DNA of 64,000 bases from a virus. Shown here one piece after another: positions 42,665 to 50,320 of the stretch (within the stretch, counting starts at the first letter, position 1; the number at the start of each line of letters is the position of its first letter). The DNA is taken from IMG/VR virus record IMGVR_UViG_3300031922_000090, positions 1 to 64,000 of that record, one strand, 5' to 3'. Below the pieces are notes generated by a model. That model saw nothing but the letters and a program-made list of their open reading frames with translations. It searched no databases and was not told the DNA's origin. The translations under genes and the position numbers were made by a program.

Positions 42665-43018
42665 TCAGTCATCCTCTCCCAACACGAACCGGCCATGACT
42701 GTCTCGGTAGGACATGCCCCCGGCGTAGCGGGAGCCACCCTCACGGCGCTCGATGCTGCAATCGCGGCAGTAACGGTAGCCGGAGCGAACGGCGTCTCCG
42801 CAATCGGGGCAGGTTCCAGACCCGGACCCAGTACCGGACGCGGGAATAATCGAACAAAGCGCGATCTTCCCATCCGTCCACACCACGCGGTCGATGCGCT
42901 CGTTCTTGGCCTCGCCCGAACGCTTCACGACATTGACGGTCTGCCCCGGACGCACTGTGCCCGTAACGCGCACGCCCCAGTCGCCAGAGCGGAGTTTCGT
43001 GTAGGTTGCTGTCTCCAT
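42665..43018 (-). CDS. Zn-ribbon protein, predicted leaderless mRNA
   Basis: CPDCGDAVRSGYRYCRDC. The ATG lies 6 nt after the -10 of promoter 43025-43053. Confidence 0.5.
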   Translation of the reverse strand: METATYTKLRSGDWGVRVTGTVRPGQTVNVVKRSGEAKNERIDRVVWTDGKIALCSIIPASGTGSGSGTCPDCGDAVRSGYRYCRDCSIERREGGSRYAGGMSYRDSHGRFVLGEDD

Positions 43019-43024
43019 GCTTTA

Positions 43025-43053
43025 AGAATAGCGCATCGTGAGGAACCTGTCAA
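43025..43053 (-). promoter_or_regulatory. sigma70-type promoter TTGACA-N17-TATTCT
   Basis: The minus strand reads AAAAAAATTTTTTGAACTTTTCTATTGACAGGTTCCTCACGATGCGCTATTCT, then TAAAGC, then ATG. The spacer motif is degenerate (GTTCCTC). Confidence 0.55.
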
Positions 43054-43075
43054 TAGAAAAGTTCAAAAAATTTTT

Positions 43076-43309
43076 TTAGACCCGGCACCCTTCCGGCGTG
43101 CGGTACTCCGGCCAAACGCTCGGACCTGCTTGTATCGCCCACGTCTCCCAGTCGTCCTCCCATGCCGCACGAGCGGCAGCACGGGATTCGAACACAAGCG
43201 CGGTCGCTGGATTCTTAACCAGCTTTTTTCCGGGACCGACATATCCCATCCAAAATTCATGTCCGCTATATTTCGCGGAATGATCGAACACGGAAAGCAG
43301 AACTTTCAT
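43076..43309 (-). CDS. hypothetical protein
   Basis: 77-aa ORF with a GAGG SD. Confidence 0.4.
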   Translation of the reverse strand: MKVLLSVFDHSAKYSGHEFWMGYVGPGKKLVKNPATALVFESRAAARAAWEDDWETWAIQAGPSVWPEYRTPEGCRV

Positions 43310-43316
43310 AATTACC

Positions 43317-43679
43317 TCATTTCAAGCGGTCCTGTGGAAATGCCTCAAGAAACACCTTGACGGCCTGCTGTTTGACATCATCCTGAAAAGACGCCTCACG
43401 GTGAGTATCCCCCTGCTGAATACCAGTCGAATCACCCTCTGCCGGTATCGAGCGGATACTCTCCGCCACCGATGCCGTTGTATACAAATATCCTAAATCC
43501 TCCATGATATTCCCCCATTCCGGAGCCGATGCCAAAGCAAGTACTGTACGCTTCAATTCGTAATCGTAATCTACGCTACCTTGAATCATTATTGAGAAAG
43601 ACGCTATCTTACAGTGAAGAATGGAAACCAGTCTTATTAAGCGCGTAGCCCGCTCGTTAATATCAGTGCTCATAATCAA
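43317..43679 (-). CDS. hypothetical protein
   Basis: 120-aa ORF. Confidence 0.4.
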   Translation of the reverse strand: MIMSTDINERATRLIRLVSILHCKIASFSIMIQGSVDYDYELKRTVLALASAPEWGNIMEDLGYLYTTASVAESIRSIPAEGDSTGIQQGDTHREASFQDDVKQQAVKVFLEAFPQDRLK

Positions 43680-44043
43680 ACCTCCATTTATTCCAGCGTT
43701 CCAGCAATCGCTTCTTCGCAGTCATACTAAGGCCCTCAAGACAGCCCGTTGTCATCCTTGGGAAGAGAAATTCTTCAAGATCTCCCCAGATCCCATCGAA
43801 CAACCACGAACCATCACAGGAAAACTTTGTACGAATTTCGACACACACTAAACAAGTTCGATATCTGGACACCTCACCGTCCCACTTGCCAGTTGCCCGC
43901 TCGTACTCCTCCCCCGGCGCAATCTCAGTACCGCATTCCGTACAAGCGTGCGGCTTTCGCGCCCGCACAATCTTAAGGTGGCAAAACTCACTGGCGAGCC
44001 CGTCCCCGTCAGCCCTGATAGCACAGACGTTGCAATTAGACAT
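43663..44043 (-). CDS. Cys-rich (Zn-binding-like) hypothetical protein
   Basis: Start at MSNCNVCAIR (ATG 44043). CNVC...CHLK...HACTECG...CLVC clusters. Confidence 0.45.
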   Translation of the reverse strand: MSNCNVCAIRADGDGLASEFCHLKIVRARKPHACTECGTEIAPGEEYERATGKWDGEVSRYRTCLVCVEIRTKFSCDGSWLFDGIWGDLEEFLFPRMTTGCLEGLSMTAKKRLLERWNKWRFDYEH

Positions 44044-44560
44044 TATTCTCCTCCGTCCATGGCGGATCCGGCCATCGCTGGCGGATAGCCTCACACCAGC
44101 GGATATCCTCATCGTCGCCAACAGCCTCAATCGCCCAAGCGGCGGCACTGCTAACGGCCCATGGTGCCCGGTCAGCACTCATAGCAGCGGCGCTCATTGC
44201 CCATGCTGCCCTTGCGGCGGCTCCACAATTGAGCGTAGACCTGGAGAAAAACCACGCCTTCTCTGCGGCCTGCCGATGCTCTTCCGTGGGCTCCAATGCC
44301 CACCTTTCTGCGACATCTAAAGCATTTTTGCAAGCTGCGAGATACTCCAACAGCACACACGGCAAGGTACGCGCCCGAAGCTGCCCTACCGCAAACAGGA
44401 TCAAAGCGGCTCGCTGTTTGGGTTGCGCTGCTATTCGCCACCCCAACATCCAATCGGGACGCGAGCATTCACGCCACGCTGAAGCAGAGTCACGCTCGCC
44501 TACCCAGTCCACCATCTCTTTCCAAGCATGAATTTTCGCTAGATGATCGCGGAGAGTCAC
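44036..44560 (-). CDS. hypothetical Trp/Ala-rich protein (weak paralog of 24458..24802)
   Basis: Start set at GTG 44560 (GGAGG SD, GTGA overlap with the upstream stop). Contains SAWRECSRPDWMLGW. Confidence 0.45.
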   Translation of the reverse strand: MTLRDHLAKIHAWKEMVDWVGERDSASAWRECSRPDWMLGWRIAAQPKQRAALILFAVGQLRARTLPCVLLEYLAACKNALDVAERWALEPTEEHRQAAEKAWFFSRSTLNCGAAARAAWAMSAAAMSADRAPWAVSSAAAWAIEAVGDDEDIRWCEAIRQRWPDPPWTEENNV

Positions 44561-44838
44561 TTGCACACCTCCGTATCCGAACACTCCCGCGCACCCAGGT
44601 AACGAATGCACATACGCTCGTCTGCCCCCAAACGGCGAACACGCGCTTGAGCCCTCCGGCCCATGCTATGACACGTCGTATAGGCCCGCGCGACGTCATC
44701 GTAGACCCACACCGTGTTTTCGCCTTTGTAGAAGAAAAACGAATACTGTCCATAGCGGTAGCCGGAACGCTGCCGTGATCCGAAAGGATCACGCGCAAAC
44801 GCCCGCACGTGAATTATCGAAGGATTGTTTTTGCTCAT
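44557..44838 (-). CDS. hypothetical protein
   Basis: 93-aa ORF with a GGAAGAGG SD. Confidence 0.4.
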   Translation of the reverse strand: MSKNNPSIIHVRAFARDPFGSRQRSGYRYGQYSFFFYKGENTVWVYDDVARAYTTCHSMGRRAQARVRRLGADERMCIRYLGARECSDTEVCK

Positions 44839-44861
44839 GGTTGCCTCTTCCTAAACCTCGA

Positions 44862-45245
44862 CTAGTAAATTGCGGAGCAACTTCTCCGCACAGTCCGAAC
44901 CTGATGGGCAACAGAGCCACGGAGATGCTTCTCTCCGGCAATCTGAGCCCGGACAGCCTCATCTGTCCATAGCTGGCGTTCGATGCCGTTACGGTACAAA
45001 TTCCGGCCCTTGCGCCGCGTCTCCACCCCGGCAACGAGCGGTTGCACCCCACTGGACTCAACCACGCGAAACGTAAAAGTATGCTGTTGCTTACCTGCTC
45101 CGTAGCTCTCCCGGAGAATTTCGGCAACGATAGTCCGGTTACCGGCATACTTCGGTGAACGGAAGGATCCGGAAAAAACCGCTTCCGTAAAGCGCACGAC
45201 GTCGCCTCTAACCACATCGCCAGTTGCGTCTGTCCACTCAATCAT
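44862..45245 (-). CDS. hypothetical protein
   Basis: 127-aa ORF with a GGAGG SD, preceded by a long G/C-rich imperfect hairpin. Confidence 0.45.
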   Translation of the reverse strand: MIEWTDATGDVVRGDVVRFTEAVFSGSFRSPKYAGNRTIVAEILRESYGAGKQQHTFTFRVVESSGVQPLVAGVETRRKGRNLYRNGIERQLWTDEAVRAQIAGEKHLRGSVAHQVRTVRRSCSAIY

Positions 45246-45332
45246 AATGCCTCCAAATTGACGGAGGAAGGGGGAAACCCTCCCCCTCCTTCAGATCGCG
45301 GTCACCCGCGTAAGAACAGTCTCCCTACGTCC

Positions 45333-45340
45333 GTTATACG
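45333..45340 (-). promoter_or_regulatory. CGTATAAC motif
   Basis: The minus strand reads TTCGTATAACGGACGTAGGGAG, in the 250-nt low-coding gap 45246-45498. Confidence 0.3.
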
Positions 45341-45385
45341 AATCGTGCTTCTTCACCGTCCCCTTCAATTTGTAGCTCTGTCCGG

Positions 45386-45490
45386 TCACCAGATCAGAGC
45401 GGTCGCCGGAAGCAAGCCAGTCCGGCGCACGATCTCGCAAACCTCCTGGAGATCCGCAATGGCATCTTCGATGAGTTTAGTTACGTGCAT
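45386..45490 (-). CDS. possible 34-aa small protein (below the track cutoff)
   Basis: Hand-translated MHVTKLIEDAIADLQEVCEIVRRTGLLPATALIW. Strong GTAGGAGG SD 5 nt upstream of the ATG. Confidence 0.3.
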   Translation of the reverse strand: MHVTKLIEDAIADLQEVCEIVRRTGLLPATALIW

Positions 45491-45498
45491 AGAGCCTC

Positions 45499-45864
45499 CT
45501 ACAAACTCCGGATTATCCCGGCAAGATTCTGCCCCACTGGCAGCCCGTGGATTTCTCGCACAACGGTCTTCGTCAGAGCCCGGAAGTAGGCGATTGGATC
45601 ACGCTCGAAAAACCGGAGAAAAGCCTCCCGCTCCTCCGGCACCATGGCCTGAAGCTTGAGCGTCTCGACCTCGAGAATACGCTGTGCGATAGCAGCGCAC
45701 ACGTCCCGTGCCAGTTCAGAACGCGCAACGGTTAGCTCATCAATCGGCGGCTTCACCTGTGCAAGCAGCCCCGGCCCTCCCATAGACATGAAAAAATCCT
45801 CAACTTCTTCCTTATACTGCTCGCGGGCAGCCTGAAAACGAGCGGTCGCGCCTGTCAAGTCCAT
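45499..45864 (-). CDS. hypothetical protein
   Basis: 121-aa ORF. Confidence 0.45.
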   Translation of the reverse strand: MDLTGATARFQAAREQYKEEVEDFFMSMGGPGLLAQVKPPIDELTVARSELARDVCAAIAQRILEVETLKLQAMVPEEREAFLRFFERDPIAYFRALTKTVVREIHGLPVGQNLAGIIRSL

Positions 45865-45892
45865 AGTCTTCTCTCCTTAATTATGCGAAAAA

Positions 45893-46222
45893 TCAGTCCC
45901 AGTAACGCCCACCGAATATAGCCGGTTTAACACCAGCGGAGCGGTCGAGGTACTCCCGGCGATAACTGGGACATCCCGGAATAAAGATACCCTCATAATG
46001 CGGTAGGGTAAAAAGCCCAAGCAGCTTCCCTAGGGCTACCCGCTCGTCAACATTCATCCTGTGAGTAGCGTTCCGGGCGGTAATCTTGATCCACCCATAA
46101 GCAGTACCCCGCCCTCCAGTAACGGACCAACGGATGCCGATGCCCTGCTCGGCGGAACGCCGCTTGAGATTGTCGTGAATCGTCTGAATCACGGCATTAC
46201 GGTCATAAATTGGGTCACTCAT
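45893..46222 (-). CDS. hypothetical protein, predicted leaderless mRNA
   Basis: 109-aa ORF. The ATG lies 6 nt after the -10 of promoter 46229-46257. Confidence 0.5.
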   Translation of the reverse strand: MSDPIYDRNAVIQTIHDNLKRRSAEQGIGIRWSVTGGRGTAYGWIKITARNATHRMNVDERVALGKLLGLFTLPHYEGIFIPGCPSYRREYLDRSAGVKPAIFGGRYWD

Positions 46223-46228
46223 GCTATC

Positions 46229-46257
46229 AGTTTAAGTCTTCCGGAGGAACTTGTCAA
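46229..46257 (-). promoter_or_regulatory. sigma70-type promoter TTGACA-N17-TAAACT with TTCC-TCC-GGAA spacer palindrome
   Basis: The minus strand reads TTGACAAGTTCCTCCGGAAGACTTAAACT, then GATAGC, then ATG. Confidence 0.6.
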
Positions 46258-46275
46258 GCGCTATCTTCATTTTCT

Positions 46276-46309
46276 AAAAAAAAAATAGCGGCTCCCCCGA
46301 AGGGGAGCC
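46276..46309 (-). terminator. intrinsic terminator
   Basis: GGCTCCCC-TTCG-GGGGAGCC 8-bp stem, then GCTA plus T10. Lies after 46336..46866. Confidence 0.8.
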
Positions 46310-46335
46310 ACCTTTCACCGTGCAAACAACGGTCG

Positions 46336-46866
46336 TCAGACCTTCGGGAAAACTTTCATTTGCACCATACCGGGCGCGGTCCGCTCAACGCGAAACTGCC
46401 CGGAAAATTCCCCACGCCGGATAATGTACTGGAGCATCCGAGCGGGATCCGCTACCCGGACGGGCGCACCATTCGATGTCGTCAAGCCACCGAACAGGGT
46501 CATGAGATCGAATTCCTGCCCCGTCATGAGACGGTCGAAAGCAAGCGCGAAAACCGAGTCCGAACGGAAAATCGGCTTCTTCGGCGGAGCATCGGGAAGG
46601 ATCCCGAGAGGTATCTCCTGTTTGGCTTCCTCCGGAACCGGGCACACCTCCCGCTCCTTTGCCTTCTTCGCGGCGAGCTTCTTAATCAATGGGCTGTAAG
46701 GCTTCCTCATGCCGATCTTCTGTTTAGCCGGAGCATCCGGCTTAAGTTTCGTTGGCGCGGTAGGCTTCTTTGCCTTGGCGTTCGTGGGCTTCGCAGCTTT
46801 CGGTTTTACCACCGGAGCGGAAGCGGGCACGGATGCCTTCACCTCCGGTTTCGTTGTCTCGATCAT
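46336..46866 (-). CDS. Lys/Ala/Pro-rich (histone-H1-like tail) protein with a globular C-terminal domain
   Basis: Start at MIETTKPEV (AAGGAG SD). KPKAAKPTNAKAKKPTAPTKLKPDAPAK low-complexity region. Confidence 0.5.
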   Translation of the reverse strand: MIETTKPEVKASVPASAPVVKPKAAKPTNAKAKKPTAPTKLKPDAPAKQKIGMRKPYSPLIKKLAAKKAKEREVCPVPEEAKQEIPLGILPDAPPKKPIFRSDSVFALAFDRLMTGQEFDLMTLFGGLTTSNGAPVRVADPARMLQYIIRRGEFSGQFRVERTAPGMVQMKVFPKV

Positions 46867-46928
46867 AATTGCTCCTTTCAAAATTCAACTTAGGGGGAGC
46901 GGGAGAACACCTACCACTCCCCAAAAAA

Positions 46929-47894
46929 TTAGCGCGTCCACTGGAAATCAATCCACCCGTTCCGGAACTTACTCAGCCTCCACTGTCCCGTTGCGGCTCC
47001 TTTCGCAGCGATGAAACTAACCATGCGCGTGACATCGGCGGCAGCAACTCTCCTCCGGATCTCATCAATGTGGATTGTGCCCTCACAACCGGCGATCAAT
47101 TCGAAGATCTCGGCCATCTTCCCGCGATACCAGATATTCTTGACAGCGGCAGGCTTCGCCTCTTCCCGGTTAACCGGGACAGCAGGCTTCACGGTCGCGC
47201 CGAGACTATCAACGAATCGAACCATGAGACGGGCACCCTTCACAGACGCCTCGGCCATCTTTGCAGCATCGAAGATGAACCCGCCTTTAGCGTCTCTGGA
47301 GATCGACGCCGCTTTCAACACCAGCGGGAAAATCTCACCCATGACTACCGCGAAAATCCCGGACTCATCCCGGAGCTTCAGCAGATCGTCACAATACTCC
47401 GTCGAAAAAACAATGTTCCCGTCTCCGTCAAACTGGCGAGCTTTGGCAGCCCCCGCCCGCACCTTAAAAGTGAGCCCAAGTTCACCACCGTAGGCACGGC
47501 TCAGCGCATCCAAAATAGGGGCATACTTGACGCGGAGCTTCGCGTCCTTCGCCTCCAGTTCAGCCTTACGCTCCGCGTATAGCTGGTAGTACATATCGAT
47601 GGATACCGAACTGCCGACACCGAATCGAGCCATGATGCGAGCAAACAAACGAAGCGTCATCAGAAGCGCTGTCTCAGCCTCCGGTTTCGGAGTCCCGGCC
47701 CCGAAGCCGAGATTCTTCGTGGAAAGCGATTTCTGAAACTTCGCTTCCTCATCCGGAGTAAACTGGAGACGATGAGACGGAATGAGCATCTCATACCACA
47801 CCACGGCTTTCTTCAGAGCGGTAATGCGGGCGTCAACATCCAAATCGATGACGCCTGAAAAAATCGCGCGAAGATCCTTCTCCTGTTTGGTCAT
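46929..47894 (-). CDS. hypothetical protein
   Basis: 321-aa ORF downstream of the vWA gene. Confidence 0.5.
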   Translation of the reverse strand: MTKQEKDLRAIFSGVIDLDVDARITALKKAVVWYEMLIPSHRLQFTPDEEAKFQKSLSTKNLGFGAGTPKPEAETALLMTLRLFARIMARFGVGSSVSIDMYYQLYAERKAELEAKDAKLRVKYAPILDALSRAYGGELGLTFKVRAGAAKARQFDGDGNIVFSTEYCDDLLKLRDESGIFAVVMGEIFPLVLKAASISRDAKGGFIFDAAKMAEASVKGARLMVRFVDSLGATVKPAVPVNREEAKPAAVKNIWYRGKMAEIFELIAGCEGTIHIDEIRRRVAAADVTRMVSFIAAKGAATGQWRLSKFRNGWIDFQWTR

Positions 47895-47938
47895 GACGGC
47901 TCCTTAATTTTATCCTCTTCCTGAATAAATTGCAAGCC

Positions 47939-48949
47939 CTACTTGATCCGTTTTTGCGGCGCGTTCAGGAGCAACGGACGGCGAGACGACTCAACGAATT
48001 TCTGCCGGAAAACACGCGCGGAGTCGACGCGCGTGTAGGTTCCACCCGTAGCCTCGCACGCTTCCTTCAACTTATCCCAGGAATTCGCGTCCTCTACGAG
48101 TTCATTCGGCGAAAGGACGTGAATGAAATCAAGGACGATTCTTGCGTCGAGCAGCCTCGGCACCAAACGAAGAACGTATGCGGCTCCGTGGTCGAGAGCA
48201 TCCGAAACGAAAACAACCTGATTTGCTCCAACAGGAGACGGGTTGCTCTCAACAATCTTGATGACGGCCTCAAGCGCGGCGGTAATGTTCGTATCCCACC
48301 CAGGAGCGGAAAGCCGAGCGATCTGCCTCTTCAAATCGGCAATGCCGCAAGGTTTCCGGTAACGAGGCTCTGTGTCGAACTCCACAATGTGCAGATCGGC
48401 TCCCGGATTCTTCGCAAACCTCTCTTGCACCATCTCACCGAGGTACTGCTGTACGGCCTCGATTTTCGAGAGTCCCAGATAACCCTCAAAATGCTTGATG
48501 CCGAGCTCCTTCACGAGCTCTTGAGCAACAGCCTCGGCTTTCAGCAGTTCATCGTTCGCGTTCTGAAGACGCACCCACAGCAGATCATTTTCGATGTTCT
48601 CTTTGGAAATCTGGTGTGGTACGGTAGCATGGAACGCCGAAAGATCCTCACCATCTTCCGAGATGAAAGCACCCAAGGTGCGCGCTTGCATCGCTGCCAC
48701 CCGGACAGTAGCGTTCTCAATGCGGCGGCGCATGAGTGCAATGTTGGCCGGAGAAAAATCGTAGCTCTCCACGTCCCCCACTGCGAGCAGACGGGATGTC
48801 ATCGAATTCGAGGTATCGATAACATAGATGAGCTTTTTCCCACGGTCGTACACGACCTCAAGCATCTGCTCGGGCGCGGCGGTTACGTTGAATTCATCGT
48901 CCGTCGTAGCGTCGGACGGCTTCTTCCCGAAATTGTCAAGGTCTAACAT
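47939..48949 (-). CDS. von Willebrand factor A (vWA) domain protein
   Basis: MIDAS-type LIYVIDTSNSM (DxSxS). 336 aa. GGAAGGAG SD. Confidence 0.6.
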   Translation of the reverse strand: MLDLDNFGKKPSDATTDDEFNVTAAPEQMLEVVYDRGKKLIYVIDTSNSMTSRLLAVGDVESYDFSPANIALMRRRIENATVRVAAMQARTLGAFISEDGEDLSAFHATVPHQISKENIENDLLWVRLQNANDELLKAEAVAQELVKELGIKHFEGYLGLSKIEAVQQYLGEMVQERFAKNPGADLHIVEFDTEPRYRKPCGIADLKRQIARLSAPGWDTNITAALEAVIKIVESNPSPVGANQVVFVSDALDHGAAYVLRLVPRLLDARIVLDFIHVLSPNELVEDANSWDKLKEACEATGGTYTRVDSARVFRQKFVESSRRPLLLNAPQKRIK

Positions 48950-49000
48950 ATGGCTCCTTCCAGAGATTGAAGAGGGGCAGGAAACCCACCCGCCATCTCA

Positions 49001-49029
49001 ACGATAGCAATTCCGGAGGAAGAATGCAA
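49001..49029 (-). promoter_or_regulatory. promoter-family member TTGCAT-N17-TATCGT with TTCC-TCC-GGAA spacer palindrome
   Basis: The minus strand reads TTGCATTCTTCCTCCGGAATTGCTATCGT. ~50-nt leader to ATG 48949. Confidence 0.45.
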
Positions 49030-49087
49030 TAGTACTTTAGTACTAAAAAGAGCTCGATCTGAAAAAAAAAAGGGGGGGGGGCACCCT

Positions 49088-49669
49088 TCACAACGACGTC
49101 GGCAGATCAACCTCACGGCTCCCGCCGTCGGAAAGCTTGGACTTAAACGGCCTGCCCATCCGTACCCGCTCACCGAGCATATCGAGAAACGGTTGAAACG
49201 GCAGCATCAACCACGTTTCTTGTTCCCTCTTCCCGGCAACGTCAGCGGAGGCAAGCACCAAGACGGGACGAACGCGGAAAATTTTAGCGTCGAAATACCG
49301 GAAAAGATGGGTAAAAGGGCCAGCGACGAAAATCTCCGTCCGGTTACCTCGCATGATCAACAGAGGTACTTTTTCCCCCCGTGCTGCCTTGTACGTCTGA
49401 AGGATCCATGCGCGTTCTTCTCCGCGCGGCGCAAACATAACCCCAGGGTGCCAGTCCCGGCGATGCTTACATTCAACAGAAAACGGAAAGTATGGAAGGA
49501 GCTTTTCCGAAATCTGAAGATCGCCAGCGTCGGCGTAGGGATGCCCTCCAGAAAGAGGAGTCCGGTAACAGTCCTTCTTTTCAAATTTCGCGGCTTCGAT
49601 AATCTTATTCGCCACGAGATTTTCAAAGGCACTGCCTTTCTGTTTTCCCCGCCCCCGCCTAAGTGACAT
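49088..49669 (-). CDS. PD-(D/E)xK nuclease, Holliday-junction-resolvase-like
   Basis: KGSAFENLVANKII...RTPLSGG...AGDLQ...FSVECK gives a D...E-x-K arrangement like Hjc/RecU-type resolvases. Start set at ATG 49669. Confidence 0.5.
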   Translation of the reverse strand: MSLRRGRGKQKGSAFENLVANKIIEAAKFEKKDCYRTPLSGGHPYADAGDLQISEKLLPYFPFSVECKHRRDWHPGVMFAPRGEERAWILQTYKAARGEKVPLLIMRGNRTEIFVAGPFTHLFRYFDAKIFRVRPVLVLASADVAGKREQETWLMLPFQPFLDMLGERVRMGRPFKSKLSDGGSREVDLPTSL

Positions 49670-49877
49670 TCTGGGGACCACCCTTTCGAATGTTACGGAA
49701 ATAATCAGGGCCGTGCTTCAAGTATAGCTTCATGCCTCCACGCTTGCCGTTCCGGCTCATATGCTCGGGACCATATTTCGCAACTAAAGCTAGACCACCT
49801 TTACGAGCACGCTCCCGGTAAACCGGGTTTCCGGCTCCGGTCCTTTGCGCGAGAGCATCTTTCTGTTTTTTATTCAT
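49659..49877 (-). CDS. small basic protein with KGG-like repeats
   Basis: ARKGGLALVAKYGPEHMSRNGKRGG resembles stress-protein KGG repeats. Weak. Confidence 0.35.
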   Translation of the reverse strand: MNKKQKDALAQRTGAGNPVYRERARKGGLALVAKYGPEHMSRNGKRGGMKLYLKHGPDYFRNIRKGGPQNVT

Positions 49878-50320
49878 ATCTTATTCCTCTTGATAATAGT
49901 ATTGTCCCACCCGTACACAGCATACGGAGCGGAAGAACCTTCCAAACGTGATACAAGATCCTCAATTTGTCCAATCCTGGAACGGGTTGTGAAGATGTGG
50001 AATTCTTCCCCGATATCACAGAGAGCGGCGTGACGGGTCAAATATAAAAGTTCATACTCCGGTCGTGGAACCCGGTCTGAAAAACGGAATAGAACCTCGG
50101 CCACCCCAAAGCCAAGTTCAACAGCAACAGCCTTAATCAGTCTTCCAAAACCCCGATCACAACCTTGAGTTATGATATACGCTTCCGGATTTTTAAAACG
50201 AACATCGTCGAGAATTGTCTTCAAAAAAGCATGATCTTCAGGACTACCCTCCTGATCTCCATAACCCTTAGCGTCATTCCACCCGCGATGTCGCGCTCCG
50301 GCGATAACTACCCGTTTCAT
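49874..50320 (-). CDS. hypothetical protein (possible SLOG/DUF2493-like fold)
   Basis: RVVIAGARH...IITQGCDRGFGRLIKAVAVELG pattern. By eye only. Confidence 0.35.
   Translation of the reverse strand: MKRVVIAGARHRGWNDAKGYGDQEGSPEDHAFLKTILDDVRFKNPEAYIITQGCDRGFGRLIKAVAVELGFGVAEVLFRFSDRVPRPEYELLYLTRHAALCDIGEEFHIFTTRSRIGQIEDLVSRLEGSSAPYAVYGWDNTIIKRNKI

Noticed and set aside
42568-42873. 101-aa ORF overlapping 42665..43018 in another frame. Similar alternative-frame ORFs include 44172..44468, 44490..44798, 44789..45241 and 38092..38364.
   Set aside because: The competing frames have promoter/SD support and cleaner composition. These alternatives are Arg/Gly/Ser-rich overlaps.
47930-48946. 338-aa plus-strand ORF. 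Other long plus-strand ORFs include 12088..12849, 42602..43360, 46869..47582, 46210..46893, 2477..3220 and 55511..56071 (poly-Ser).
   Set aside because: Each lies antisense to, and almost exactly coextensive with, minus-strand genes that have clear homology (vWA, MCP, TMP, SSB acidic tail). The translations are low-complexity or Arg/Ser-rich, there are no SDs or promoters, and several cross multiple minus-strand gene boundaries. They are shadow ORFs.
46929-48949. vWA protein plus neighbour as a Ro60/Y-RNA-like module linked to the small RNAs
   Set aside because: No TROVE/HEAT-like region is recognisable. The domain order is wrong, and the genes are 13 kb away from the RNA cassettes.
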